In this document: positions 29,221-38,704 of the stretch, in pieces
How the letters are laid out: each line of letters begins with the position of its first letter
Numbering within the stretch: the stretch's first letter is position 1
Assembly: GCA_965230295.1 (NCBI GenBank)
Contig: OZ246001.1
Coordinates: 3,040,001 to 3,104,000 of the forward strand
Origin: Marinicella sp.
GTDB lineage: Bacteria; Pseudomonadota; Gammaproteobacteria; Xanthomonadales; Marinicellaceae
Direction of reading: 5' to 3'
Length of the DNA: 64,000 nt
Position numbers and translations under genes: made by a program
Notes under the pieces: generated by a model
What the model was told of the DNA's origin: nothing
The model's database searches: none
Seen by the model: the letters and a program-made list of their open reading frames with translations, nothing else

Positions 29221-30648
29221 TTAAACTTCTATCTGATCACGGGTTTCACGTTTACCCAGTACGGCCAAATCCCATACCAGTAAAACGACACCCAGGGCAG
29301 TCACATAGCCAAAGATTTGACGCCAGTACATACCTTGAACAAACCATTCAGATATTTGGGCTTTGAAGTAACCAGCCCATGAAGCACCTTCAAGCGCACG
29401 TTCAATAAACGCTTGGTCATAACCAGAAACCAGCATCCCAATGGTCATACCCATGACGCCGATGTTCAATAAGGCCAGAGACCACTTCCATCGCCAAGCA
29501 CCCTGGATGCCACCACTCATGTAAACTCCGCCTCGCCATTTCTGGATGGCCATGTAAAAGACCGCGATGTTGATGGTTGCATAAGCGCCGAAAAAGGCCA
29601 GATGGCCATGTGAAGCAGACCATTGGGTACCATGTGTGTACAAGTTAATTTGGGGCAGGGTGTGCATGAAGCCCCAAACACCAGCACCAAAAAAGTTCCC
29701 AAACGCATGGGCAATCAACCATGCCATGGCTGGGTGGTTGTTATTTCTGAAGCCATGTTTACCAGAGTCATAGACCGCATGGACAACCATGGCAACAAGC
29801 GGTATCGGCTCGAGTGCTGAGAAAAAGCCGCCTATGGACAGCCAGTATTCCGGCGTTCCAATCCAAAAATAATGGTGTCCGAGTCCCAATATGCCGGAAC
29901 CAAACATCAAGGCCACTTCAATGTATAACCAAGTGGTCACAATCTTACGTCTGGCGCCCAGAACCTTGATCAGGCCCCATGCCATGATACACCCAACCAG
30001 GACTTCCCAAGTGGCTTCTACCCACATGTGGATCACCCACCACCACCAGTATTGATCAACTGAAATATTAGGGGTGTAAAACATCCCGCATAAATACAGA
30101 CCGGCCAGTGCCACCAAATCGAGAACCAAAACACCAGAAATACCACTCCATTGACCTTTCATAAAGGTACCAGCAATGTTATAGAAGAAGATCAATACAC
30201 AGATCACAATGCCGATGTCAGCCCATCTGGGCGCTTCGATGTATTCACGTCCTTCATTAATCAGCCAAAGGGTCTCGTGTGTACCAGGTCCAATTTGAAC
30301 AAACAAATAGACCAGAACCACGATGGCCACTGCGATGACAAATAGCCAATAGGCCAGGTTGGCCAGGAATGCGCCCACCAAAGTGGTGCCCGATTCATCT
30401 TCTACCAACCAATAACAAGCACCCATGAAGCCAAACAGCATCCAGATGATCATGGCATTGATGTGAACCATCCTTACCACATTGAAATCAAGTTGATTGT
30501 AAAAGAGTTCAGGCATCAGGTATTGTGCGCCTGCAATCAAACCGAACAGGATTTGTGCCACAAACAACAGTACAGCAGCCACAAAGTATTTAATGGCCAA
30601 CTTTTGCCCGGGATTCAGATGGGCTGAATTGAATTTTCTAATAGTCAT
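29221..30648 (-). CDS. norB: Nitric oxide reductase large subunit
   Basis: RMVHIN, GREYIE, WWVIHMWVEATWE, GHHYFWIG, HGHLAFFGAY; start MTIRK with GGAGG RBS. Confidence 0.95.
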   Translation of the reverse strand: MTIRKFNSAHLNPGQKLAIKYFVAAVLLFVAQILFGLIAGAQYLMPELFYNQLDFNVVRMVHINAMIIWMLFGFMGACYWLVEDESGTTLVGAFLANLAYWLFVIAVAIVVLVYLFVQIGPGTHETLWLINEGREYIEAPRWADIGIVICVLIFFYNIAGTFMKGQWSGISGVLVLDLVALAGLYLCGMFYTPNISVDQYWWWWVIHMWVEATWEVLVGCIMAWGLIKVLGARRKIVTTWLYIEVALMFGSGILGLGHHYFWIGTPEYWLSIGGFFSALEPIPLVAMVVHAVYDSGKHGFRNNNHPAMAWLIAHAFGNFFGAGVWGFMHTLPQINLYTHGTQWSASHGHLAFFGAYATINIAVFYMAIQKWRGGVYMSGGIQGAWRWKWSLALLNIGVMGMTIGMLVSGYDQAFIERALEGASWAGYFKAQISEWFVQGMYWRQIFGYVTALGVVLLVWDLAVLGKRETRDQIEV

Positions 30649-31246
30649 TGTCACCCTCCTGAGGAATGGTTGGGAAGCTGTTAGGGAAGCCGTTGGTGTT
30701 GATCGAAGACATCCACTTGAGGAAGGCCACAATGCCCCGAGCCTCTTCCTCTGTGATGTTTAAGTTTGGCATCCGGCGGGAAGAACCGTAGCCCCTACCA
30801 TAAGTTTCTGGGTCCATCAAAAAGTTGATCATCAGCTCTTCACGGACCGCCTCAGAACCCCATCCCTGATCCAGCCAGGCTTTGGTCAGGTCAGGCGCGT
30901 AGTAAGCACCATTGCCCAACAAAGTATGACAGTTCATGCAGTTCTTGGCTTGGGTGGTCAGTTTGCCTAAACTGACCAAGGCTTCGGCTTCTTCTTCCGT
31001 TAATTTTTTGCCAAACAGCGGTGCTTCAGCACCTATCACAGGCATCATATGACCTTCTTCCCGGTCATATTTGTAGTAAATTCTGTTGTTGATGACGCTG
31101 TAAGCTGGCACACGCTCAGACCCAGCGGTTATTTGTCTCATGGTGTCAAACGTAAGCACCATCAAGACCAACAACATAAAGGCTGTGACCCATATGGCAG
31201 TTTTTCGCCAAAATGATTCACTTGCCCACCATTCTGTTTCACTCAT
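30638..31246 (-). CDS. norC: Nitric oxide reductase cytochrome c subunit (long type)
   Basis: N-terminal TM; NCMNCHTLLGNGAYYAPDLT; RRMP. Confidence 0.9.
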   Translation of the reverse strand: MSETEWWASESFWRKTAIWVTAFMLLVLMVLTFDTMRQITAGSERVPAYSVINNRIYYKYDREEGHMMPVIGAEAPLFGKKLTEEEAEALVSLGKLTTQAKNCMNCHTLLGNGAYYAPDLTKAWLDQGWGSEAVREELMINFLMDPETYGRGYGSSRRMPNLNITEEEARGIVAFLKWMSSINTNGFPNSFPTIPQEGDNDY

Positions 31247-31247
31247 A

Positions 31248-31577
31248 TTATTTTCCTCCTAGCTCGGCTTGATGCTCTGCTTCAGATTGGTGTGTTCCCT
31301 CACACAAGTACCAAATTCCATGTGGAGCCAATAAATAGCCTATCAACATAACCACCACAATCGAGAACCAAAAACCAGTCAGGTTTAAGGTAAAAGCCAT
31401 GACGGCTGTCGAAATTGCAAAGAGCAGGTATGACACATAGGCGCCTATCATCAGGCGGGGATAGTTTTTGAGCTTTGACCAAGCAAAAAAGAATGCATAA
31501 AAAGCGCCAAACAATATAACCATAGCGCCTGCCATGGTGGCCAACATGATGTGTTGTGCCGAAACTGGATCTGTCAT
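31248..31577 (-). CDS. Small 3-TM protein, NorH-like
   Basis: Three hydrophobic helices; directly upstream of norC. Confidence 0.65.
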   Translation of the reverse strand: MTDPVSAQHIMLATMAGAMVILFGAFYAFFFAWSKLKNYPRLMIGAYVSYLLFAISTAVMAFTLNLTGFWFSIVVVMLIGYLLAPHGIWYLCEGTHQSEAEHQAELGGK

Positions 31578-31634
31578 GATTATCCCCTGGACTTGATTTA
31601 TTCACCAGTCTAGCTAACAGTGGAAAAAAACTAA

Positions 31635-31648
31635 TTGACCTAAATCAA
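31635..31648. promoter_or_regulatory. FNR/DNR box upstream of the nor operon
   Basis: TTGAC-CTAA-ATCAA. Confidence 0.85.
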
Positions 31649-31748
31649 TTGGGTTAATTTTTTGTTTTTTGTTGGATTTTCGTTGTCTGTGGCGCTTTAA
31701 TACATAAAAAAAAGCATTGGATGTCGTAACCATGCCTTATTGCACAAA

Positions 31749-31862
31749 TATTTTATTTGGCATGACCACAGAATCCAGGCAATATGAATTATCAAACTTT
31801 TTTTAATCTAACTATACTGTTATTTCTACTACCTGGATCCTACGGTCAAGCCGTAGGATGAC
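31749..31862. repeat. Short derivative of the REP-flanked GIY-YIG element
   Basis: TGACCACAGAATCCAGG...CCTGGATCCTACGGTCAAGCCGTAGGATGAC. Confidence 0.7.
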
Positions 31863-31904
31863 GGTTTTTTTTGGATTTTCGTTGTCTGTGGGGCGTTAAT
31901 ACAT

Positions 31905-31935
31905 AAAAAAGGCCGCGGTTGCATCAACCACGGCC
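31905..31935 (-). terminator. Intrinsic terminator
   Basis: GGCCGTGGTTG..CAACCGCGGCC plus U6 on the minus strand. Confidence 0.7.
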
Positions 31936-31960
31936 CCAGGGCACAAGCTATAAGGCTTGT

Positions 31961-33175
31961 TTAAAAGTTGGCACTGAGCATGATCCAGTATTTGTTGGTA
32001 TCGGCTTTGATGTCTTCGGCGTCGTACTGGGCCGCTTTGACCAAGGCAGAAAAGTTTTTGTTGAGTTTCCTGGCCACCGAAAAGTCCAGTTCGCTGCCAA
32101 AATCACCGGTGCCACTTTCGGCATCAAACTGGTGGTATTTGACCATCCACTTGAAGCCTTCAATGTTGCCTTTGGCGCCGACGAATGTGTCTTCTAAACC
32201 TTGGTTGGGTGTGGCCAGGAACTGATCTGCCCAACCGTTGAAGGCGTGCAAGGTAGCCAATGGTGTGCGGAATGCAGCACCAGCCAAAGCATCATCACCT
32301 TCCAGCACTTCATAACCACCAAAGAAAGTCATTTGTTCAAAGGCCAAGCCTAAATCCAGCCGCATATAATTGGCGTCATAATTGACCGGGTTGTTGTGGG
32401 CATCTGACTGAGCAGCCAATTCAGCACCAAAAGTCATTTTATTTTCACCGATGGGCCAATGGGTTTTGAATGAGGCACCGAAAGTGGCGGTTGAAAAAGC
32501 GGCCGCATCTTGATTGTCGATGTTGTAGTAATAAACGGTTAATTTGTGCCGATCTTGCCATTTGTTCGACCAATTCGCTAAAAAGCTTTGGTTGTCATGG
32601 CCACCAGCTGCCACATCATCACCAAATATGCGGTTGATGTTTTCAATGTATGACAAAAACAATTTGCTGCCAGCAATTTGGGTATCAAATGACACCGCAT
32701 CATAAGTTTGTTCATTTTGGCGCCAGCCCACACCGCCAACAAATCTTTGATTGTCCAACAAAATGCGTTGACGACCGAACTTCAGATGACTGTTGTCATT
32801 GAAGGCATAGTTAAACCACGCCTGGTTGATTTCGGTGCCTGTGGGGTCAGCCACTACGGGGTATTGGCCATTGTTGGGTGTGTTACCCGCACCGGCATTG
32901 TAGTTATCTCCGAACACTTCCATCACGTTATCGGCTTCGATGAAGAGCTTCCAGCCTTTATAAGCCTCAGTGGTGTAGTTCAAACGGGTACGCAAAGTCG
33001 AGGCATTGGCATCACGATTAAAATTATCCTGATCAACCATTTCAAATCGATAACGGAAAGACAAATTGGCATCGCCATTGCTGAAGGCATCAGATAATGT
33101 ATCAGCTGATAAAACAGGAGTAGAGAGGACACTCATACCCAGTGCCGATAGTAAGATGAGGTTGTGTTTTTTCAT
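31961..33175 (-). CDS. Alginate-export-family outer membrane porin
   Basis: FRYRFE, TLRTRL, GRQRILLDNQRFVGGVGWRQNEQTYD, TPLATLHAFNGWAD; C-terminal F. Confidence 0.8.
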   Translation of the reverse strand: MKKHNLILLSALGMSVLSTPVLSADTLSDAFSNGDANLSFRYRFEMVDQDNFNRDANASTLRTRLNYTTEAYKGWKLFIEADNVMEVFGDNYNAGAGNTPNNGQYPVVADPTGTEINQAWFNYAFNDNSHLKFGRQRILLDNQRFVGGVGWRQNEQTYDAVSFDTQIAGSKLFLSYIENINRIFGDDVAAGGHDNQSFLANWSNKWQDRHKLTVYYYNIDNQDAAAFSTATFGASFKTHWPIGENKMTFGAELAAQSDAHNNPVNYDANYMRLDLGLAFEQMTFFGGYEVLEGDDALAGAAFRTPLATLHAFNGWADQFLATPNQGLEDTFVGAKGNIEGFKWMVKYHQFDAESGTGDFGSELDFSVARKLNKNFSALVKAAQYDAEDIKADTNKYWIMLSANF

Positions 33176-33232
33176 ATTATTCTCCAGGTAACACTTTTAC
33201 GGGAAAGTTTAATGATTGGTAAAAATTCATCA

Positions 33233-33246
33233 TTGACTTAAATCAA
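33233..33246. promoter_or_regulatory. FNR/DNR box upstream of the porin
   Basis: TTGAC-TTAA-ATCAA. Confidence 0.85.
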
Positions 33247-33381
33247 TTCCTAGCAAAAATTAACACATGAAAAACTCATCCGAATCAATCAGCACATTAA
33301 CCAGCCCGGACCCCCAAAGTTCCACATGACAAAGTGTGGATTAATCGTTATGATTACGCTTTTTTCAGGGAAAATTTAAAC

Positions 33382-33714
33382 ATGAGAAAGACTATATTTT
33401 TGTTGGGTATGTTGTTAGTTACACCTTTGTGGTCGGCTGAGTTTGCAGCTGAACTCAAAGCCGAATCATTGGAAGGTGCCTGGTTGATCGTCAGCATGGC
33501 CGGTATGGCCGATGATGAAGGTGACATGTGGGAATTTGAGAACGGCTTGTTCTACCAAAATTTGGGTGGTCGTCGCATTGCTCCGGATAAATACACTGTT
33601 CAAGGGGATGTGGTGGATCTCGATGGTTATCATTTCAAAGTTTTGGCCTTCGATGGCAAGACCATGAAAGCGGACATGGCTGGATTTGTCTATGAGTTGA
33701 AGAAAAATAATTAA
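33382..33714 (+). CDS. Secreted lipocalin-like hypothetical protein
   Basis: Signal peptide; LEGAWLI motif. Confidence 0.65.
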   Translation: MRKTIFLLGMLLVTPLWSAEFAAELKAESLEGAWLIVSMAGMADDEGDMWEFENGLFYQNLGGRRIAPDKYTVQGDVVDLDGYHFKVLAFDGKTMKADMAGFVYELKKNN

Positions 33715-33860
33715 GAATGTTCTTGGGGCTTCATTCACTTTTGTTTCAGACAAAAGTGAAAGCGACCACGGCGAACATGGCATTGTGCCTCATGCACGTA
33801 GCCTCTGATTCGCAAGGCTCACCAACCGGCTCCGGCGGTTTAAGCTGCAGAGCAGCTTTC
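33713..33860. repeat. Modular MITE-like repeat, copy 1
   Basis: GAATGTTCTTGGGGC...AAGCTGCAGAGCAGCTTTC; colinear with 62496-62641. Confidence 0.8.
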
Positions 33861-33871
33861 TTAGAAATCGA

Positions 33872-33885
33872 TACATTTAGTTACA
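33872..33885 (+). promoter_or_regulatory. RstA-box-like site
   Basis: TACATTTAGTTACA fits the TACATNTNGTTACA consensus. Confidence 0.7.
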
Positions 33886-33945
33886 TATTGGCATCTTGGG
33901 ATCAGTCCCGATATACTTCAGGTTCAGAAATAACTTTCAATTAAC

Positions 33946-34818
33946 ATGAATAACTACCTTAAAGCTTGGCTGTTGATATCTGCTTTGTGGCTGACATCCG
34001 GCTATAGTGAAGAAACGGAACAGGTCGATCGCTTCTGGGATTTTGGCATTGGCATAGGTTTTGGTAAACAATCCAACCCTTTTCTTGGTTCTGACAGTGT
34101 TCCCGGCTATATCACCTTGGATCTGGCCTTGTATGGAGACAGGTTCTTTTTTGATAACGGAGAGTTTGGCTTCACTGTCATTGATAAACCCAACTTTGGC
34201 TTCAATCTATTGGCCAATTACAGCAGTGAGCGGATCTATTATTCATATTTCAATGATTTGGAATTGTTCAGTTCAACCAATGCAATAGGTGGTGCTGGTA
34301 GCAGTGTATCTGTGGTTCCACTGGATCGTTTTAATGGTACGCCCTCACCCAACCCAGGTACCGAAGTGACACAATTAAACTTGTCTGATCGCGATTTTTC
34401 GATCAATGTGGGTTTGGAAGTGCTCTGGGGTACCCCCAAAGGGCAATTGCAATGGCAGATCTTTCAGGATGTTTCAAATACACATGACGGCTTACAAATG
34501 GAATTAGATTTCAGTCATACCTGGGCCAAAGGCCGGTGGGCGTTCAAGCCAAATGTGGGCTTGAGTTGGAAGTCCGCAGATTTGGTGGATTATTATTATG
34601 GAATAGACCGCTCATCTTCGACAACCGGGATCAGCTATGAAGGCAAACAGACCACCCATGTCAATGTAGGCGGATTGATCAGTTATCGAATCAATAATAA
34701 CCTCAGTTATGTCAATCAATTCAAATACACTTTTTTAGGTGATGCGGTGCGAAACAGTCCATTGATTGATGAAGACCGTACCCTGTCATATTTTTCTGGT
34801 GTTTTTTACAGTTTCTAG
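33946..34818 (+). CDS. MipA/OmpV family outer membrane protein
   Basis: YGDRFFFDNG, WKSADLVDYYYGI, NSPLID; C-terminal F. Confidence 0.85.
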   Translation: MNNYLKAWLLISALWLTSGYSEETEQVDRFWDFGIGIGFGKQSNPFLGSDSVPGYITLDLALYGDRFFFDNGEFGFTVIDKPNFGFNLLANYSSERIYYSYFNDLELFSSTNAIGGAGSSVSVVPLDRFNGTPSPNPGTEVTQLNLSDRDFSINVGLEVLWGTPKGQLQWQIFQDVSNTHDGLQMELDFSHTWAKGRWAFKPNVGLSWKSADLVDYYYGIDRSSSTTGISYEGKQTTHVNVGGLISYRINNNLSYVNQFKYTFLGDAVRNSPLIDEDRTLSYFSGVFYSF

Positions 34819-34825
34819 GTGAACG

Positions 34826-35260
34826 ATGCATAAAGTCATGATCTACACAGGGATGTTGGTATTGATACTTTTGATTCCTGACCCTTCATTTGCTGTGCAA
34901 CCTGAATCAAATGAAAGCATTGAAGACGTTAAATTAATCATAAGACCTCACATTTGCATTGCCCCCAGAGGACAAACCAGTTGTATCAGTCGCATTGAAG
35001 TGCTTTGGGAAAGTCCTTCGTTGTTGGATGTTTGCTTATACAGCAGCTTGGCCCAGGAACAACTACAGTGTTGGGAACAGGCTCAATCCGGGAACTATGA
35101 GCACAAAGTAACGATCATCAGTGACCTGGAGTATTGGCTCACCCCATTTGATCAACAACTTAAGCTCGCACATTCATTGGTGAAATTTGTTGCGCTTAAA
35201 CCGCATCGTAAGTACAACCGCCGCAGAAATCACTTGCCATGGAGTATTCAGTCATTATGA
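34826..35260 (+). CDS. DUF3019-like protein
   Basis: PHICI...C...W...CLY...LQCW...RRRNHLPW; typical position between mipA and a response regulator. Confidence 0.65.
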   Translation: MHKVMIYTGMLVLILLIPDPSFAVQPESNESIEDVKLIIRPHICIAPRGQTSCISRIEVLWESPSLLDVCLYSSLAQEQLQCWEQAQSGNYEHKVTIISDLEYWLTPFDQQLKLAHSLVKFVALKPHRKYNRRRNHLPWSIQSL

Positions 35261-35961
35261 ACAAAGAACCTAAATTATTGATTGTTGAGGATGATGAGCG
35301 GCTGGCTTCCTTGGTAGAAACTTATTTTTCACGAGCCGGGTTCATCACTCAAGTGGTTGGTTGTGGTGAAAATGCCATCACGGCTTGTCAGGATAACTTA
35401 CCAGATTTGGTGATTTTGGACTTGATGTTACCTGATATGGATGGCATCACTGTGTTGCGGCAAATACGTAAGTTCTATGCAGGAAAAGTTTTGATGTTGA
35501 CTGCTTCAGGCAGTGACATTGATCAAGTGATGGGTTTTGAAACCGGTGCAGATGACTATGTGATTAAACCAGTAGAGCCCAGGGTGCTGTTGGCGCGTGT
35601 CAATTCACTGTTGAAACGTCGCGCCATCGACAAACAACACAACGAGCACCAAATGGTGTTTGGCACAATGACCATTGACAACCAATCCAAGACGGTCCAG
35701 TTGAACAACCAGGACGTCAATCTGACCACCCACGAATTCGACTTGTTGTTTCTTTTGGCCAGTCATGCCGGAACCGTACTGACACGGGATGATATATATT
35801 CTAAGTTGCGTGGCTTAGATTATGATGGAACAGATCGAGCCGTTGATATCAAGATATCACGCTTGCGTAAGAAACTCGGCGATGATGCCAATGAACCACA
35901 AAGGATTAAGACCATCTGGGGCAAAGGATATTTGTTTGTGCCCACAGCATGGACTTCTTGA
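35257..35961 (+). CDS. OmpR-family response regulator (RstA/BfmR-like)
   Basis: VEDD, LDLMLP, GADDYVIKP, ISRLRKKL..IKTIWGKGY. Confidence 0.9.
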   Translation: MNKEPKLLIVEDDERLASLVETYFSRAGFITQVVGCGENAITACQDNLPDLVILDLMLPDMDGITVLRQIRKFYAGKVLMLTASGSDIDQVMGFETGADDYVIKPVEPRVLLARVNSLLKRRAIDKQHNEHQMVFGTMTIDNQSKTVQLNNQDVNLTTHEFDLLFLLASHAGTVLTRDDIYSKLRGLDYDGTDRAVDIKISRLRKKLGDDANEPQRIKTIWGKGYLFVPTAWTS

Positions 35962-37268
35962 TGAATCAACCAGAAAAAGCCGCCCAATTTTCCAACCGAA
36001 TTTTCACCCGTTTTTATGTGGTGATCGTGATCACCCTCATTGTTTTGGGGTCATCGTTGGAGTATATCCTCAATCAAATGGATCAGTCCGATGCACTCGA
36101 AGACATCAAGCGAACCAATCAGCCCACATTTGACCTCATCAGTTATGCGCTGCAAAAGGGTGATGAAAGTCAATGGGATGAACTTTTGGTGGAATTACAA
36201 AACCAGGTGGAAGTGCCATTGATGTTGATGCAATTGGCTGATTTTGCTGCCGATGAATGGACATCTGAAAAGCTCAGCAGTGGCGATATGTTGGCTTTGT
36301 TTGATGTCAATGACAATTTAACTTTGTACCAGCGAATGGGAGACACCGATGCCGTTTTGGCCATCGAAGCCCAATTGTTGGAGGTTAAAGATCAAAAGGC
36401 TTGGGTCCTCCCGGTTTTTTATTTGTTGTTGGCGGTGGTGCTTTACAGTTTGATCAGACCCTTTGCCAATCAATTGTTTCAATTGAAAAAAGCGGCCGTT
36501 GATTTGGGCTCAGGAGATTTTTCTGCCCGTGTTGAAGTGCCTGCCAGTACCACGCTGGCCCCAATTGCTGATGCTTTCAACACCATGACTCATAAAATCA
36601 AACACCTGATGCTGACGCAAAGGGATTTGGTTAATTCAGTGTCTCATGAATTACGCACACCCTTGGCCAGGCTCAAATTCAGCTTTGAAGAATTGGCTTC
36701 TATTGAAGACGAGCAGACCCTCAATCAAACCATCACTGGCATGAAAGCTGATGTCAGTGAATTGGAATTATTGATTGATGAAATGCTACGGTATGCAGAA
36801 GTGAACCAAATAAAGTCTTTTGTAAAGAAATCTGTGAACATAAATTTGATGTTTAAGGAATTGGTCAACATTTATGAAAACCCCAACATCAGCCTGACCA
36901 CAGAAATCAGTTCCGACATCACACCAGATGCCCAGTTGCCATGTCACGAACTATCGATGAATCGTGCTTTTTCTAATGTCATCAGGAATGCCATCAGCTT
37001 TGCCAAAGCTCAGTGCATCATCCGGGTACAACAAGAAGCTGATAACTTATTGGTTGATATTTGTGATGATGGTGTGGGGCTTGGAGGTGTCAATTTAGAC
37101 AGGATATTTGAACCTTTTTTCAAAGTGGCCAACAAACATCGCAAGGCAGGGTATGGGTTGGGGCTGTCAATTGCCCACACCATTGCCAAGAAACACCAAG
37201 GTACCTTAGAAGTCATTGATGGTCCTTTGTCTGGAGCCTGCTTTCGATTTGTGATTCCGCTTCAGTAA
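35961..37268 (+). CDS. Sensor histidine kinase (RstB-like)
   Basis: Two TM, HAMP, SHELRTPLARL, DDGVG, GYGLGLSI. Confidence 0.9.
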   Translation: MNQPEKAAQFSNRIFTRFYVVIVITLIVLGSSLEYILNQMDQSDALEDIKRTNQPTFDLISYALQKGDESQWDELLVELQNQVEVPLMLMQLADFAADEWTSEKLSSGDMLALFDVNDNLTLYQRMGDTDAVLAIEAQLLEVKDQKAWVLPVFYLLLAVVLYSLIRPFANQLFQLKKAAVDLGSGDFSARVEVPASTTLAPIADAFNTMTHKIKHLMLTQRDLVNSVSHELRTPLARLKFSFEELASIEDEQTLNQTITGMKADVSELELLIDEMLRYAEVNQIKSFVKKSVNINLMFKELVNIYENPNISLTTEISSDITPDAQLPCHELSMNRAFSNVIRNAISFAKAQCIIRVQQEADNLLVDICDDGVGLGGVNLDRIFEPFFKVANKHRKAGYGLGLSIAHTIAKKHQGTLEVIDGPLSGACFRFVIPLQ

Positions 37269-37288
37269 TCAAAACCAACCAGAAACAA

Positions 37289-37491
37289 GGAATGCTATAT
37301 TACAGCTTGACCTGTCGAGCCGGTTAGGCAGCGCAGGTGATGAAAGGTTGGCGGTTTCATCGAAGATGAAGAAGCCTACCTAGAATGCCGTAGCGCGTGC
37401 ATGCAATCATGGCGGTTTGAAGAAGTCAATAAGCCTTGATGAAATGAGTGATTAGCCGTGAGCTTTTGTTATAGCGCCCCAAGAACATTCC
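37289..37491. repeat. Modular MITE-like repeat, copy 2
   Basis: CAGCTTGACC..GAGCCGGTTAGGCAG...CCCCAAGAACATTCC. Confidence 0.75.
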
Positions 37492-37496
37492 ATTGT

Positions 37497-37510
37497 TACA
37501 TTCGGTTACA
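37497..37510 (+). promoter_or_regulatory. RstA-box-like site upstream of the SIMPL gene
   Basis: TACATTCGGTTACA (one mismatch to consensus). Confidence 0.6.
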
Positions 37511-37597
37511 TTTTCAAACATTTGTGCTACATCATTTTTGATTCGCTTCCCCTATACTTTGTTTTGTACTCATTAGAGCACGGAGTTTTAAGGAGAA

Positions 37598-38296
37598 ATG
37601 GTTATGAACACATCACCCCGAAAATTAATCGCTTTATTCGCCTTGATTGCATGTGGTTCCCTACATGCCCAGCAAACGGAAAACATCATTGTTGTGCAAG
37701 GGGTCGGAGCTGTGACCATAACCAATGCTGAAGGAAGGATAAATGCTTCAGTGAGTACCCTAAATCAAGATGCTGAAGTGGCCTTGAGTAACAACAATGC
37801 CATCGTCAGTAATATCGTAAGCGAATTGAATGGTGTGGGCATATCACCGGATGATATCAGCACCAATCGATTTGATTTTTACCCCGAATACCGCTGGTCA
37901 GAAGGTCAGCAAGTATTTGAAGGCTATGCTGTGACCAATGGGATTTCTATCCTGGTCAAAGAAGTGGCCGCCATGGGGGCGATCTTGAATTTACTGGTTG
38001 ATGCCGGAGCCAGCCGTATCAATTCGGTTGGGTTTGGTTCGTCAAACTTAGCAGAGGTCAGGAAGCAGGCCTTAGAAAAAGCCACGGAAGATGCATTGAC
38101 CAAAGCCACTATTTTGGCCAATGCCAACGGTGTGAATTTAGGGAAAGTGATTCAGGTAAAACTGTCATCACAGAATTCAGTGCTCAATCAAACATCCAGC
38201 AACGGTGGTGTTTCAGCGGCCAGTCCTGTACCTATTTCGCCGGGTCAGAACACCATAACTGAAAAATTAACTGTGACTTATGAATTGATTGATTAG
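37598..38296 (+). CDS. SIMPL/DUF541 domain protein
   Basis: IVVQGVG, GYAVTN, ALEKATEDA..KA, PISPGQ. Confidence 0.85.
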   Translation: MVMNTSPRKLIALFALIACGSLHAQQTENIIVVQGVGAVTITNAEGRINASVSTLNQDAEVALSNNNAIVSNIVSELNGVGISPDDISTNRFDFYPEYRWSEGQQVFEGYAVTNGISILVKEVAAMGAILNLLVDAGASRINSVGFGSSNLAEVRKQALEKATEDALTKATILANANGVNLGKVIQVKLSSQNSVLNQTSSNGGVSAASPVPISPGQNTITEKLTVTYELID

Positions 38297-38350
38297 GAGA
38301 TAAATATATCAGTGGAGAAAACGTCAACCCTTTCTTTCTCTTTTTGTTTC

Positions 38351-38378
38351 AGGGCAATTTAAAATTGCCCTTTTTTTT
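38351..38378 (+). terminator. Intrinsic terminator
   Basis: AGGGCAATTT-AAAATTGCCCT plus T-run. Confidence 0.8.
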
Positions 38379-38420
38379 GGTCAGCTAGTATGTGCATTTG
38401 TTTGGAAAACCTCTCCTGTT

Positions 38421-38666
38421 GTCATTTTTTGGCTTCTTTAAAGTACTTATTTTTGGTGACCAAAGAATCCAAGCAGTTGAGTTTTTCAATCTAAGATTTA
38501 TTCGTTTTAAGAAATTATGGATGACAACTGATTTTAAATGACAATACTGGTAAACCCAATTTAACGTTTGTTCGTATCAGATGAATAAGAAATTTTAGGC
38601 ATACATCATGGCCTAAGAATTTGAGACATCACGTACCTGGATCCTGCGGTCAAGCAGCAGGATGAC
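38421..38666 (+). mobile_element. Internally deleted derivative of the REP-flanked GIY-YIG element
   Basis: Aligns to 41958-42130 (including the first ~11 codons, ATG 38581) and is joined to 42415-42460. Confidence 0.7.
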
Positions 38667-38704
38667 GAGTATGAGAATTCTTTATAAAATTTGAAATAGC
38701 TTCA

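Noticed and set aside
35257-35961. The RstA-like regulator as the ATCAG-box activator
   Set aside because: Its own operon carries a different 10-bp-spaced TACA box and no ATCAG array
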